In this document: one piece after another, positions 23,306 to 35,274 of the stretch
Layout: every line of letters begins with the position of its first letter
Numbering within the stretch: the first letter of the stretch is position 1
NCBI GenBank assembly: GCA_965216565.1
Contig: OZ244170.1
Span: 2,784,001 to 2,848,000, forward strand
Direction: 5' to 3'
Length of the DNA: 64,000 nt
Source: Bythopirellula sp.
GTDB taxonomy: Bacteria; Planctomycetota; Planctomycetia; Pirellulales; Lacipirellulaceae
Notes under the pieces: generated by a model
Database searches by the model: none
The model's input: the letters and a program-made list of their open reading frames with translations, nothing else
Told to the model about the DNA's origin: nothing
Position numbers and translations under genes: made by a program

Positions 23306-23818
23306 TCAGACAGCTCCGGGCGGCCAGAGGTGATACAGCATCACATACACCACGACGCCTGTCACTGATACATAGAGCCAGATGGGAAACGTCCACCGAG
23401 CTAGCTTGCGATGTCGGCTTAACATGTGCAATCGCTCTTCTGCGGATCGTTTTTGAGCGTGAATCCAGCCCTGGCCCACCATGCCGGCGTAGATGGTCGC
23501 CACTGCCAGGAAGGGGACCGTAACCGCCAGAATGATGTGTGAAAAAAGAATCAGCAAGTAGGCATAGCGTATCGGACCGGGATGCGTGAACTTTACGCTT
23601 CCCACCTGATAGTGGTAGTACAAATAGCACGCGAGAAACAAGGTAGAGACCACAAAAGCAGTCATCATCACGCGCGCGTGGGCCTCTCGCTGGCCTCGTT
23701 TGATCAGGAGCCACCCGGCAATAAGCAGCACGGTCGCCAGACTATTGAGTGTGGCATTCACGTGAACCAGGGGATGCGCTGCAAATTCCTGCGCGAGTTC
23801 ATTCGGTAGTTCCATCAC
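23306..23818 (-). CDS. DUF420 family membrane protein (CtaM/YozB-like)
   Basis: VNATLN, LFLACYLYYH, SHIILA, HRKLARWTFPIWLYVSVTG motifs. Confidence 0.88.
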   Translation of the reverse strand: MMELPNELAQEFAAHPLVHVNATLNSLATVLLIAGWLLIKRGQREAHARVMMTAFVVSTLFLACYLYYHYQVGSVKFTHPGPIRYAYLLILFSHIILAVTVPFLAVATIYAGMVGQGWIHAQKRSAEERLHMLSRHRKLARWTFPIWLYVSVTGVVVYVMLYHLWPPGAV

Positions 23819-24552
23819 GCGGCGGCGGGCTCCTGCTGTGGAACTTCGGTCGACTCATTCTCTAAAGACTCATCCTCTAAATCTGACGAATCCGCCTCTG
23901 AGTCTGACGAATCCGCTGAGGGTTCGGCGGTTGATTCTCCGGTGGGCTTCTCAGCCTCTTCGTCCAATAACTTCAGCAGGAGCACACGAAGTTTTTCTAC
24001 TTGGCTCGTCCGATAGGCGTCGTACATACCTCGCACATTACCGTTCCGGTCGATCACTACAGCATAATCTTTGTGGCCTCGCCAACTAATGTCGACGTTC
24101 ATGAAGTCTTCACCGATCCGACGTATATAGTTAAAGTCCCCTCGACAAAAGAGCCATCGGTTGGGATCCGCCTGAAAGCTGTCGGCATACTCCCGCAGCT
24201 TGGGAAGTGTATCGGTATCGGGATCGACCGTGATACTCACCCAGGTGATATCCTCAAGTTCTTCGAGAGAATTCAGATACTTGATGTTCGCATTCAGCCG
24301 CGGGCAGGTTCCAGGGCAAGTGGCAAAGAAAAAAGTCGCGACCCACACCTTGCCTTTCATTTCGGCAGAGCGAAACGGCTCGCCACTCCGCTCAGTCAGC
24401 TCAAATTCTTCCAGCGGCGGACCCTCAAATTCCAGGCCACCCTCGGCGCGACTGGCTTGATACTGGTCCACTTGCCACAGTTTCCAACCGGCATATCCAG
24501 TGCCCACCAGGACCATCAACGCTAGCCAGTAAGGCAATGCTGAATTGCTCAT
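23815..24552 (-). CDS. SCO family copper chaperone
   Basis: FFFATCPGTCP (CxxxC), SITVDPDTDT, distal His; ATGA overlap with the upstream permease. Confidence 0.9.
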   Translation of the reverse strand: MSNSALPYWLALMVLVGTGYAGWKLWQVDQYQASRAEGGLEFEGPPLEEFELTERSGEPFRSAEMKGKVWVATFFFATCPGTCPRLNANIKYLNSLEELEDITWVSITVDPDTDTLPKLREYADSFQADPNRWLFCRGDFNYIRRIGEDFMNVDISWRGHKDYAVVIDRNGNVRGMYDAYRTSQVEKLRVLLLKLLDEEAEKPTGESTAEPSADSSDSEADSSDLEDESLENESTEVPQQEPAAA

Positions 24553-25340
24553 AACAAATCTCCTGTCGTCCGCGTCCCGGCAATTCGCCAGGCGGCCACG
24601 ACCATCAATACCGCGAAGATAATCGTCACCAGCCAGCAAATACCCAACGCGGGCAAGCTTTCCGTACTGATGTTCGTCTCCTGGAATTGTAGGTACCGAC
24701 GCAATCCTGCCACCCCATAAGTGAGGGGATTGAACCGAGAAATTGTCGTCAGCCAGCTACTGGGGTCGTCAGGAAACAGCGAACCAGACAGTAACCACAT
24801 GGGAAACAGGAAGACGCTCATGATGGCATGGAAGCCCTGCGTCGATTCCATCCGCCAAGCCAGCGTAAAGCCAAGCCCGGTTAGGGCCACAGCTATGGTC
24901 GCCATTAAGACAATTGCCGAGATGACCTCTAGCACATTGCTCGCGAGCCCCAGTGTCGCAGCGCCCAGCAGCAGAAACACGAGGGCCTGCAGCAGAGCGA
25001 TCGCGGCGCCGCCGATAATTTTGCCCAGCACCATGGCCCAGCGCGGGGCCGGTGCTACGAGGACCGACTGCAGAAAACCCTCGCGGCGATCTTCGATAAT
25101 CGAGATCGTGGCAAATATAGCCGTAAACAACAGAATCATGGCAATCGTGCCGGGGAAGAAAAATGCAAACCCCAGATCGTTGCTTCGAAGTCCGGCACTA
25201 AATAACAGCCAGAACATCACCGGTTGGAGAAATGCCCCAATCACTCGATTCCGCTGACGGAAAAATCGCACCAATTCCCGTTGTGCCAGCGTGAAAATCA
25301 CTGGCAAGGCGGGGACAGCGGTGACAGAATCGTTAGGCAT
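24549..25340 (-). CDS. ABC-2 type transporter permease
   Basis: EDRREGFLQSVLVAP, LSGSLFP and NPLTY motifs. Confidence 0.9.
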   Translation of the reverse strand: MPNDSVTAVPALPVIFTLAQRELVRFFRQRNRVIGAFLQPVMFWLLFSAGLRSNDLGFAFFFPGTIAMILLFTAIFATISIIEDRREGFLQSVLVAPAPRWAMVLGKIIGGAAIALLQALVFLLLGAATLGLASNVLEVISAIVLMATIAVALTGLGFTLAWRMESTQGFHAIMSVFLFPMWLLSGSLFPDDPSSWLTTISRFNPLTYGVAGLRRYLQFQETNISTESLPALGICWLVTIIFAVLMVVAAWRIAGTRTTGDLL

Positions 25341-25375
25341 GGGTGTTTGTTAATCGTTCGTTGTTAGTTGTATTT

Positions 25376-26341
25376 TTAGCTACGATTAGCCGTGTCGCCT
25401 CGCGACACAAGGCCCTCTTCACTCAAAAACCGATGCCCCGTCCGAGCAATAAAGACATCCTCCAGCGTCGGTTTTCCCACGGTGACGCTTTCCATCTCGT
25501 CCCCAAACGCTTCCCCCAATCGGCCGATCCACTGGTGCCCGTCAGGTTGCTCCAGTCGCACATTGCCATCGACCACGGTCGCCGCACAGTCGAACTTCTG
25601 TTGAATTCGCTCCGCCAGTGCTGCTGGGTCCGGAGTGCGGATGGTAATCGCGTCGCCGCCGATCGAAGATTGCAGTGCCGCTGGGTTATCGAGCGCCGCC
25701 AGTTTGCCACGATGCATGATGGCAATGCGGTCCGCCCGCTCTGCCTCCTCCAACAAATGCGTCGTCAGCACGATCGTCACACCTTGCTCTTTGAGCGAAT
25801 GCAAATAGTGCCACAGGTCGGCGCGGGCACCCGGATCGAGTCCCGTGCTTGGTTCGTCCAGCAGGAGCAATTGGGGACGGTGGAGTAGTCCCTTGGCAAG
25901 TTCGACACGACGCCGCAACCCGCCAGAAAGCGATTCGGCCAAATCGCCCGCACGATCTGCGATCCCCAGCGTCGACATCAACTCCAGGGCTCGCTCTTTG
26001 AGCTGATCGACAGACAATCCGTACAGTTGGCCCTGATAATAGAGGTTCTCCAACACCGTAAGCTTCTTGTCGAGGCTGGGTGCCTGGAACACGACGCCCA
26101 ACTTTTGACGCAGTCGATTAGCATCCTGTGCGAGATTGCTCCCCAGGATGCTTACAGCGCCTGATTGGAGTGGGATGAGAGTCGAGAGCACACGAAACAG
26201 TGTTGTTTTGCCACTGCCGTTGGGACCCAGGAAAACGAAGATCTCGGCCGCTTCGATTTCTAACGAAAGCCCGTCAACCGCCACCCGATCGCCATAGCGA
26301 TGCGTCAGCTCAGATACCACGATCGCCGAATCAGGGGTCAT
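25376..26341 (-). CDS. ABC transporter ATP-binding protein
   Basis: GPNGSGKTT, LSGG, LLLDEPSTGLD, TTH. Confidence 0.93.
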   Translation of the reverse strand: MTPDSAIVVSELTHRYGDRVAVDGLSLEIEAAEIFVFLGPNGSGKTTLFRVLSTLIPLQSGAVSILGSNLAQDANRLRQKLGVVFQAPSLDKKLTVLENLYYQGQLYGLSVDQLKERALELMSTLGIADRAGDLAESLSGGLRRRVELAKGLLHRPQLLLLDEPSTGLDPGARADLWHYLHSLKEQGVTIVLTTHLLEEAERADRIAIMHRGKLAALDNPAALQSSIGGDAITIRTPDPAALAERIQQKFDCAATVVDGNVRLEQPDGHQWIGRLGEAFGDEMESVTVGKPTLEDVFIARTGHRFLSEEGLVSRGDTANRS

Positions 26342-26446
26342 GTGCGGAGGATGTAAAAGGTGGGATGGTAAAATGTTGATGGAAGATCAAACGTCTCAGC
26401 ATATCCCCACGCTTCGAGTATCTCCAGGTATTTCAGTTGTTACGCC

Positions 26447-26917
26447 TTAGTGGGCCGTATCTTCCTCGTGATCATCGCCACCGTGGGCAGCTTGTGTATC
26501 CTGATCTGAGGTGGCGGGTTCCTCGGCAGCGTAAATCATTCGGTCGTGCGAGGCATGGTACATCCGCAATCCTACGTCAGGCACCAATGCCAGGATCAGC
26601 AGCGCCGACATAAAGCTGGCCGGAACGGTAAGGACCCACTTCCAGTTGGCTTCCCACTTGAGATGCATGAAGAACATGATCACAAGCATCGCCTTCGTGC
26701 AGGAAACCGCCATCATAAATGCGCGGCTGACTTCCATCGGCACACTATTACGCCAAAACTCGAAGTAGGTGAGGAACGAAAGCGTCGACAATGCACAGAG
26801 TGCTACAAAAACCGCCATATAGAGACCAAAGCCACCGTGGTGCTCATGATCATCATGGTCAGCGGCATTGTGCGTTGCGGCATCGTGCGTTGCGGATTCG
26901 TTTTGGGAATCTGTCAT
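26447..26917 (-). CDS. ctaF: Cytochrome c oxidase subunit IV
   Basis: KAMLVIMFFMHLKWE motif; three TM; position after subunit III. Confidence 0.85.
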   Translation of the reverse strand: MTDSQNESATHDAATHNAADHDDHEHHGGFGLYMAVFVALCALSTLSFLTYFEFWRNSVPMEVSRAFMMAVSCTKAMLVIMFFMHLKWEANWKWVLTVPASFMSALLILALVPDVGLRMYHASHDRMIYAAEEPATSDQDTQAAHGGDDHEEDTAH

Positions 26918-26927
26918 AGGGAATCAC

Positions 26928-27941
26928 TTAAAAAAGATACAGCAGCGGAAATAGGAAAATCCAAACCAAGTCGACAAAGTGCCAGTAAAGCCCCACATTT
27001 TCGATGACGCCCGCGGCAGCCTTATCGAGCGTCATCATGAGCAAGATGCCAAACGCGATAAGTCCTACCACTACGTGCAAAGCATGAAAACCTGTGAGTA
27101 GAAAATAGGTACTGGCCCACATGTTGCCGCCGGGGATCATGATGGGCAGTTTCAACCAAGGATGCTTATCATTGAGCCCCACGGCGTGTCCGCCCCCACC
27201 CGTTTCGGCGGAGGCTAATCGAAACTTCGATGAAGACTTGCGAACCATTTCGTCGTGCCCCCCATGAGCTGCGGCGCCATGTTTTTCATGAACACTCGCG
27301 CGCGGGTAAATGTCATTGGCCAACTTGAGGAGCAGCTGTCGCCCCTCGGGGGACTCAGGCGAATTGCGAATGGTGACCTCCGCTTTCTCAAGCTGCATCA
27401 GGAGGTCGTCGACCACTTGCAAGTCTTCGGCAGCTTCGGGGGCCTCGGGGTCGCCTTGTTTCTCTTGCAGGCTAACTTTCAATTCCCCTAATCGCTTTCG
27501 GACCGCCTGGGCGTAGTAGACGTCGGCTTTTTCGTAAATCTGGCTATGCGGAGCCTGCGGATAAATTCCGTGAGAAAACTTAGCCTTGTATTCGAACGCT
27601 TTGACGCCCAAGAAGACGGTGCCCAGTATCAAGGTGAGAAACATCCAGGCTTTGGCCGAGGAGGCATTGTTCTTTTTGGCTTCTTCCAACGAAATGACGA
27701 TCGTTACGCTGGAGCAAATCAGAATAAACGTGTTGATAAAGCCCATGAATTCAACAAGGTGCACGTCATGCGTGCTGGGCCAGGAGATGGCACCAAATCG
27801 CAGCACAATGTACGTGCCAATCAAGGCCGCGAAGAACATGATTTCTGTCGAAAGAAACAGCCACATAAACGTCTTACCGTTGGAAATCGGCAAGGCGGGC
27901 TGGTAATCGAACATGGGTCCGTGATGGTCTTTGTCGCTCAT
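26928..27941 (-). CDS. ctaE: Heme-copper oxidase subunit III with large soluble insertion
   Basis: [46 protein letters not shown]. Confidence 0.92.
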   Translation of the reverse strand: MSDKDHHGPMFDYQPALPISNGKTFMWLFLSTEIMFFAALIGTYIVLRFGAISWPSTHDVHLVEFMGFINTFILICSSVTIVISLEEAKKNNASSAKAWMFLTLILGTVFLGVKAFEYKAKFSHGIYPQAPHSQIYEKADVYYAQAVRKRLGELKVSLQEKQGDPEAPEAAEDLQVVDDLLMQLEKAEVTIRNSPESPEGRQLLLKLANDIYPRASVHEKHGAAAHGGHDEMVRKSSSKFRLASAETGGGGHAVGLNDKHPWLKLPIMIPGGNMWASTYFLLTGFHALHVVVGLIAFGILLMMTLDKAAAGVIENVGLYWHFVDLVWIFLFPLLYLF

Positions 27942-27970
27942 GATTTCATTTTCTTAATGTGGCTCGGTTT

Positions 27971-28072
27971 AACCACGAATAAACACCAATCTGCACTAAT
28001 TATTCATTTTTTGAATAACGATTTTGTTCTCTGCGTTATTCGCATTCGTGTCATTCGTGTTGATTCGTGGTT
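27971..28072. repeat. CACGAAT-type inverted repeat in intercistronic spacer
   Basis: aaccacgaataaacaccaat ... attcgtgtcattcgtgttgattcgtggtt. Confidence 0.6.
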
Positions 28073-28105
28073 CAAAGAATTTCTCGGTTTGTCTTATTCG
28101 AGTGG

Positions 28106-29014
28106 TCACATCGTGACAATTAGCAGCATCGCAAGCCAGGCGGGCAGATACAACAACGTAGTCCGCAGCAACACCCGAGCCGATGCCTCGTCTCGCAGCA
28201 AAGCAAATCGTAAAGCAAAGGCAAACTGTATGAGCCCCAATCCTAGTGCCCAGACGAAATAGATGAAGGAACCGTCCCCCACGGACGACAACGCCGGAAT
28301 GAGGCTGACGGGAATCAACAGGGAAGCGCCAACCACTGCCTGCGTGGCCGTCCGCCAACCTAAGGGATCGACTACAGGTAGCATTTGATGTCCGGCCGCC
28401 GCATACTCGCGACGATACATCCAGGCAATTGCCATGAAGTGGGGAAATTGCCACAGAAACAAAACGCCAGCCAGAGCAAACGCCTGCAACGAAAGCGGCG
28501 CTCCGGTGGCCGTCCAGCCCATCAATAGGGGGATCGCCCCAGCAACTGCACCCACCGCAGTGTTAAGCGGGGTACGGGTCTTTAGTGGTGTGTAAACAAG
28601 GACATATAGAATCCAACAGGCTACACCTAGCGCCGCTGTGAGTAGATTGACTTTCCAAACTAACCACCCGACTCCCACGACGAGAGTTATTGCCGAGAGG
28701 AGGACTGCCTCAGCCGGGCTGACCCGACCTGCGGGCAGAGGTCGTCCTGCGGTGCGTTTCATTCGGGTGTCGATATCGCGTTCCCACCATTGATTGGCAA
28801 TGCTCGCGCTCGCCGCCACTAAAGCCGTTCCCCACAAGGCGTGCAGCAGAGCAGCCAACTCAAGGCTATGCGGTGCGGCCAGGCAGGCGGCCGCGGTGGC
28901 AACGATCAATTCCAAAACCACGATTCGTGGTTTGGTAAGTTCCAAATAATCGGCAAGCCGCGCAGCAACGGTCGTTTGACGACCTTCGGCGGTCAGGATG
29001 GAGGCCATGTTCAT
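28106..29014 (-). CDS. ctaB: Protoheme IX farnesyltransferase (heme O synthase)
   Basis: LTKPRI, ERDIDTRMKRTAGRPLPAG, YTPLK, WQFPHFMAI. Confidence 0.95.
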   Translation of the reverse strand: MNMASILTAEGRQTTVAARLADYLELTKPRIVVLELIVATAAACLAAPHSLELAALLHALWGTALVAASASIANQWWERDIDTRMKRTAGRPLPAGRVSPAEAVLLSAITLVVGVGWLVWKVNLLTAALGVACWILYVLVYTPLKTRTPLNTAVGAVAGAIPLLMGWTATGAPLSLQAFALAGVLFLWQFPHFMAIAWMYRREYAAAGHQMLPVVDPLGWRTATQAVVGASLLIPVSLIPALSSVGDGSFIYFVWALGLGLIQFAFALRFALLRDEASARVLLRTTLLYLPAWLAMLLIVTM

Positions 29015-30051
29015 AGTGCAGCCTCCATGGCTCTGTCGCTATTAGTGACTCCGCTATTAGTGACACTGTTACCGGTAACGCGAGCCGAAAGAGATACTCC
29101 CGACAGCCTTGCGAAACGCAATGCAATTGCCAGCGACGTGACCAGGATCAGGGAGCCGACCGCCACATGGCTCGTGATGATCGCATTCTGCAGCAAATCT
29201 GCTTCGCGATGTACAAACGGCATCTCGCCAACAATGGCCACTGCCCATTTAGGAACGCCGTATTTGATCACCCAGGTTGCCAGACCCAACATGATTTGCA
29301 TGGCGACAAAAGCCGCCAACATCAAACCCCCGAAAGACTGGCTACGCTGGCGCACGCATCGCCATGCCAGAAGCAATATGTGGCCCATTAGCAATATGGC
29401 CAAAAAGACATGGAAGTAAACAGCCACTTGGAATATGGACGCCGCAACTTGGTTGGTGAGGTACGGACTATGCCGAACAACTGCACCGACGACGAGTTGC
29501 AAGTATGCCATCACCGTACAAAGCACTGCCAAACGCATCGCGGCACGCGTTTTATTATCGTTCTTTTGCATGGGCGTACTTTTCCACCACTTCGAGGTAA
29601 AGACAACCATTGCCACGCACAGCGAGAAAAACAGCGGGCCCGTACAGCCGTGCACGAGGGCCAAAGTGCGTTCGTCGAGCACAATTCGCATCCCACCAAG
29701 CACGCCTTGCAGGATGACCCCTGCGAGAATCACCAAGCTGAACTTACGTACCCAACTGCGTGATTCCGTTCGCCACGTAACGATGACGAGGGCAATCGAC
29801 AGGATGCCGGCTAACATCCCCAGCAGGCGGTGTCCGTGTTCGACGAACTTATCGCCTGCCGAACTGAGCCAGGGGTACAGCGGCATCAAGTGCCCGTCGG
29901 AAGTCAACCAATCGCGAAACGCCATGCCGGCGTCCGTGGTCGTGACAAATCCGCCCACCCAAATCAAGGGGAACGTTGCGCACACCAATAGCCACGCTGC
30001 ATAATGAGCGGCCTGGCTACTTTCCGGTTTGTGCACATCGACGGTTGGCAA
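29011..30051 (-). CDS. ctaA: Heme A synthase (COX15/CtaA)
   Basis: GGFVTTTDAGMA, EHGHR, QGVLGG and conserved His residues; likely TTG start at 30051 after GGAGA. Confidence 0.88.
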   Translation of the reverse strand: MPTVDVHKPESSQAAHYAAWLLVCATFPLIWVGGFVTTTDAGMAFRDWLTSDGHLMPLYPWLSSAGDKFVEHGHRLLGMLAGILSIALVIVTWRTESRSWVRKFSLVILAGVILQGVLGGMRIVLDERTLALVHGCTGPLFFSLCVAMVVFTSKWWKSTPMQKNDNKTRAAMRLAVLCTVMAYLQLVVGAVVRHSPYLTNQVAASIFQVAVYFHVFLAILLMGHILLLAWRCVRQRSQSFGGLMLAAFVAMQIMLGLATWVIKYGVPKWAVAIVGEMPFVHREADLLQNAIITSHVAVGSLILVTSLAIALRFARLSGVSLSARVTGNSVTNSGVTNSDRAMEAAL

Positions 30052-30055
30052 CGGA

Positions 30056-31849
<1,794 letters not shown>

Positions 31850-31871
31850 AATAATGCTCGGTATTCAATTA

Positions 31872-31944
31872 GTTTCGAGTCACGAGTTTCGAGTTTCGAG
31901 AATTGCAACAAACAGGTCTCTCGTAACCCAGAGCTCGCCCCTCT
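31872..31944. repeat. Heptamer-periodic inverted repeat between coxII and coxI
   Basis: gtttcga-gtcacga-gtttcga-gtttcga-g faces ctcgtaac...gagctcgcccctc. Confidence 0.55.
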
Positions 31945-31946
31945 TG

Positions 31947-32741
31947 CTACTCTTCTTCCTCGGGAATCTCGATTGTCATAGTCTTCTCTTCTTCCGCAAA
32001 CTCGGCGAGCTTCGCCTCAAAATCGGGACGCGATAGGAAGAAGACACGAGCTTTCATCTTGTAGTGACCCCAGCCGCACAGTTCCGCACAAACGATGTCG
32101 TAGCCGCCGGTCTTTTTCGCTTTGAACCACATGTTTTGTTGCATGCCGGGTACAACGTCTTGCTTCATCCGCAGGTTCGGCAGGAAAAAGCTGTGCAGCA
32201 CGTCGGCACTATTAATCCTCAGCATGATCTCTTCGTTCACCGGCAGATAAAGCTTGCCATCGGTGCGAACGATATCGTCTTCGGTATACAACTCATCGTC
32301 GGGTCCGGGGTAGCGGAAATCCCAGTTGAACTGACGCCCTGTCACCTCAGCAATAGGAGGTATTTGGGGAGGCTCCATCTTTGCCGAAGCCCAAGCTTCC
32401 ATTTGATAAATGGCGATAAACAATAGGGTGATCGCTGGCAAAATGGTCCATACCAGCTCCAGCGAGTGGCTGCCGTGGGAGTACTTCACCGGCTCTTCGT
32501 TATTCTTACGGCTGTACTTCCACATGAAATAGAACAGCGCACATTCGGTAGCTATAAAAACTACGCCCGTGAGGTACAGGATGAACATGAACAGGTTGTC
32601 GATCACTCGGCCATGTTCGGAGACGTCCTCAGGCAACATGATGTTGAAATACGGCGCAGCCACGAAGGTTGCCACGCCGAGGACGGGCACCAAGAAGAAC
32701 AAAAAGCTCCAGGAGAACAGGAAACTGAATATTCGCTTCAC
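31947..32741 (-). CDS. ctaC: Cytochrome c oxidase subunit II (CuA), no fused cytochrome c
   Basis: LELVWTILP, QFNWDFRY, DVLHSF, CAELCGWGHYKM. Confidence 0.96.
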   Translation of the reverse strand: MKRIFSFLFSWSFLFFLVPVLGVATFVAAPYFNIMLPEDVSEHGRVIDNLFMFILYLTGVVFIATECALFYFMWKYSRKNNEEPVKYSHGSHSLELVWTILPAITLLFIAIYQMEAWASAKMEPPQIPPIAEVTGRQFNWDFRYPGPDDELYTEDDIVRTDGKLYLPVNEEIMLRINSADVLHSFFLPNLRMKQDVVPGMQQNMWFKAKKTGGYDIVCAELCGWGHYKMKARVFFLSRPDFEAKLAEFAEEEKTMTIEIPEEEE

Positions 32742-32800
32742 TTCATTCCTCCCCGCACAAACAGGTGTGGGAATTGATCGAGTAGTATATTGAATTCAAA

Positions 32801-34102
32801 TCAACCAGCCGACGACACCGAGCCAACGTTTTCCGGCAAGGCTTTCTGTGGCTGGCTCGGAGATTCGTACGGCAACGACAACACGTAGTCGACGATATTC
32901 CACATTTCTTCTTCGGTGATCGTACCGCTGGCACCCTCGCTAGCAGGACCAAGCCCCGGCATGGGCGTCCCCGCGATGCCTGCGTAGATTTTCCAGAAGA
33001 GATCAATGCGACGTCTTCCGCCACGGTAAATGCCCTTACGCAAGTTTCGCGGTATCGCATTCCGCACCGGGTAGAACGTTTCGGCAATTTCTTGCTTACG
33101 ATCGTAGTAAGGATCGTCGACGTCCTTGCCCTCTTCCATCATCTTTGACGTCGCGGCGAGACTCTCGAGAAAATTCTTATGGGCTTTGTTCCAAATGTCG
33201 TGATCGTCCTGCTGGCCATCACCAAGACCGGTGGGACCGTGACACTTCACACAGTTGGCTTTGACTCCGTAAAACAATTCACGACCTTTTTCGATGGAGG
33301 CAGCCAGTTCCTCTGGCGTACGCGAATCGAGATCGGGAATTTCCTCTTCAGCGGGCACAATGATGGAGTCATTGGCCTCTTCCCAACCATCCACTATCTC
33401 GGCAAGGATTTCGTTGATCGCTTCCCGCTGATCAGGATTCTTGTCCGGGTCGAGACTTATCCGCTGCTCGGTCACTTCGCCATTTTCGTCCTCAACCTCT
33501 TCCACACCCAACTCGTCGTACACGTAGCGAATCAGTTCGGTTTCCATCTGTCCGCGGAAGCTAAGATACTTCACGTACTCAACCAAGGCTTCCACTTCGG
33601 AACCCGGCAAGAGCGAAAACGAAGGCATTGCGGTGCCGGGGACGCCGTTGATCAGCACGCGATGCAGATCGTCATCGGTTGGTCGGGCCGGATTATAGGT
33701 CGACTTAAATTTATAAACGCCCGGCCGATAGTCGCGGGGATAGGGATTCAAGAACTGAGCGGTTGGGCCTTGTCCGTCACCCGTGATCCCGTGGCAGTGA
33801 ACACAGTGCTTGCGGTAAAGGCCATGATTGGCTCCCGCTTCGTCACTCCAAGCCGGGCCAGCGGCTAGCTCGAGCATGCCTTGGTCGAGTCCTGTCTCAG
33901 GCAGTGCGTAGGGCTTATCGGGCGTGCCGAACATTGCTCCAAGGACGTTAGCAACCTCTTGTTGATAGGCCGGTGAAAGCTCGTTGTTGACCGCTTCGAC
34001 CATGTTCAAATGAAATTGCGGCGGCGCGGATTGATTGCATCCCATCGTGACCAAGATCACAAGGCATGCGGACAAACCGAAAACGTTCAAATGATTTTTC
34101 AT
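32801..34102 (-). CDS. Diheme cytochrome c lipoprotein
   Basis: Lipobox VTMGC; CVHCH and CVKCH; GTAMP and GTPMP distal Met motifs. Confidence 0.9.
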   Translation of the reverse strand: MKNHLNVFGLSACLVILVTMGCNQSAPPQFHLNMVEAVNNELSPAYQQEVANVLGAMFGTPDKPYALPETGLDQGMLELAAGPAWSDEAGANHGLYRKHCVHCHGITGDGQGPTAQFLNPYPRDYRPGVYKFKSTYNPARPTDDDLHRVLINGVPGTAMPSFSLLPGSEVEALVEYVKYLSFRGQMETELIRYVYDELGVEEVEDENGEVTEQRISLDPDKNPDQREAINEILAEIVDGWEEANDSIIVPAEEEIPDLDSRTPEELAASIEKGRELFYGVKANCVKCHGPTGLGDGQQDDHDIWNKAHKNFLESLAATSKMMEEGKDVDDPYYDRKQEIAETFYPVRNAIPRNLRKGIYRGGRRRIDLFWKIYAGIAGTPMPGLGPASEGASGTITEEEMWNIVDYVLSLPYESPSQPQKALPENVGSVSSAG

Positions 34103-34197
34103 CGCACGATTGCCAATAGTTATGTCGAACTCGATTGTTCAGTATTCCTACTTAAATAGACCGCAAACAATCGGCTTCCTTTAACTTTTCCTTGGGT

Positions 34198-34231
34198 CCC
34201 TCGCCCCCTCGGGAAGAGGCCTGGTGAAGGG
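34198..34231. repeat. CCCTCxCCCC...GGGAGAGG..GGTGAGGG REP-like hairpin
   Basis: Similar copies at 46207-46240 and in the 55254-55598 cluster. Confidence 0.55.
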
Positions 34232-34320
34232 TTTCATTAAGTTGGTGTTATTCCTCGAATGCAAATTTCACCCGTGCCGCCCGTGGCTAGCGCCGTCGGA
34301 CCACTGTCTGGGATCGGGCA

Positions 34321-35253
34321 TTAAGTGCCCAGTGCCGAACCGGGAACGCTAATGGCCAGTTCCTTTGTTTCACCTTCTGTTAGCTTCAGCTTGAATCGGC
34401 CTTTTTTCGACCATTTGAGTTCTTTTGCTTCGTCGGTGGACAGCACCAAAGCTCCGTTGGGTCCGGTACCACTTTCGTGCCAAACTTGGATTTCGAGTAC
34501 CTCGCCGGCAGGCAAATTGGGGATCTCGAACGAACCGTCTTGCCCACTCACTGCATAGTAGCCGTTCTTGCGGGGAAGCATGTAAGCGATCATCCAGGGA
34601 TGAATACTGCAACGCACCGCCACAGGGATCGCCTCTTCCTTTTGGGGATTGAAGTCGATTGTCTGCCCGGCCGGAATCGTTTGATTAAAACCGTTCTTGC
34701 CTCCGATGTTGGTATTGTGACCAACCGGATCGCTGTTCTTGATCGCCATCTTCTGACCCAACGTAATTGGGAAAACGTGGGTAAGAAACACGCACTCCTT
34801 CTGGTCAAATACAGCTGTTGGGTCCGTTGGCTCTTGTGCCGATTCGTGTACCCGGGAAGCCGTGCGGAGATAGATGGCGACATTGGCAAGACCACCCGAG
34901 GATTCGTCGACAATGATGGTTTCCTGCAGCGGAGCCTTGCCACCAGACGTACAAGCCGCCCGATCTTTGTTCACATTGTAAGGCTCCATCTGTGGCGGCG
35001 TGCCGTCGAAGACAAACTTGCCCTTCAACGTCGCCCAGCCCGTTCCAACCGGCCCAGCAGCAGCGGAACTGCCAGTTGATTCCGAGGCAAACGACGTACG
35101 GAGACGATCGACTTCGTTCACGTCAGCGACCGGCCCCAACGGATCTCCCCGCTGGCAACCTAATGCGACGCATCCTACCAGGGCAAAGAACGCTAAAAGC
35201 GTTTTGCTAGAAATATCCAAGTGTGTGGCGGAATTGGTCATGCAGTTAGTCAT
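34321..35253 (-). CDS. Cupredoxin/MauL-like and carboxypeptidase-regulatory-like lipoprotein
   Basis: Lipobox ALGC; DQKECVF, NSDPVGHN, CSIHPWM, DGSFEIPNLPAG. Confidence 0.7.
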   Translation of the reverse strand: MTNCMTNSATHLDISSKTLLAFFALVGCVALGCQRGDPLGPVADVNEVDRLRTSFASESTGSSAAAGPVGTGWATLKGKFVFDGTPPQMEPYNVNKDRAACTSGGKAPLQETIIVDESSGGLANVAIYLRTASRVHESAQEPTDPTAVFDQKECVFLTHVFPITLGQKMAIKNSDPVGHNTNIGGKNGFNQTIPAGQTIDFNPQKEEAIPVAVRCSIHPWMIAYMLPRKNGYYAVSGQDGSFEIPNLPAGEVLEIQVWHESGTGPNGALVLSTDEAKELKWSKKGRFKLKLTEGETKELAISVPGSALGT

Positions 35254-35274
35254 AGGTCTGGTTTCGGCTGCGCC

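Noticed and set aside
29038..29080. Short tandem repeat at the ctaA C-terminus (VTNSGVTNS)
   Set aside because: Trivial in-frame slippage in a variable tail
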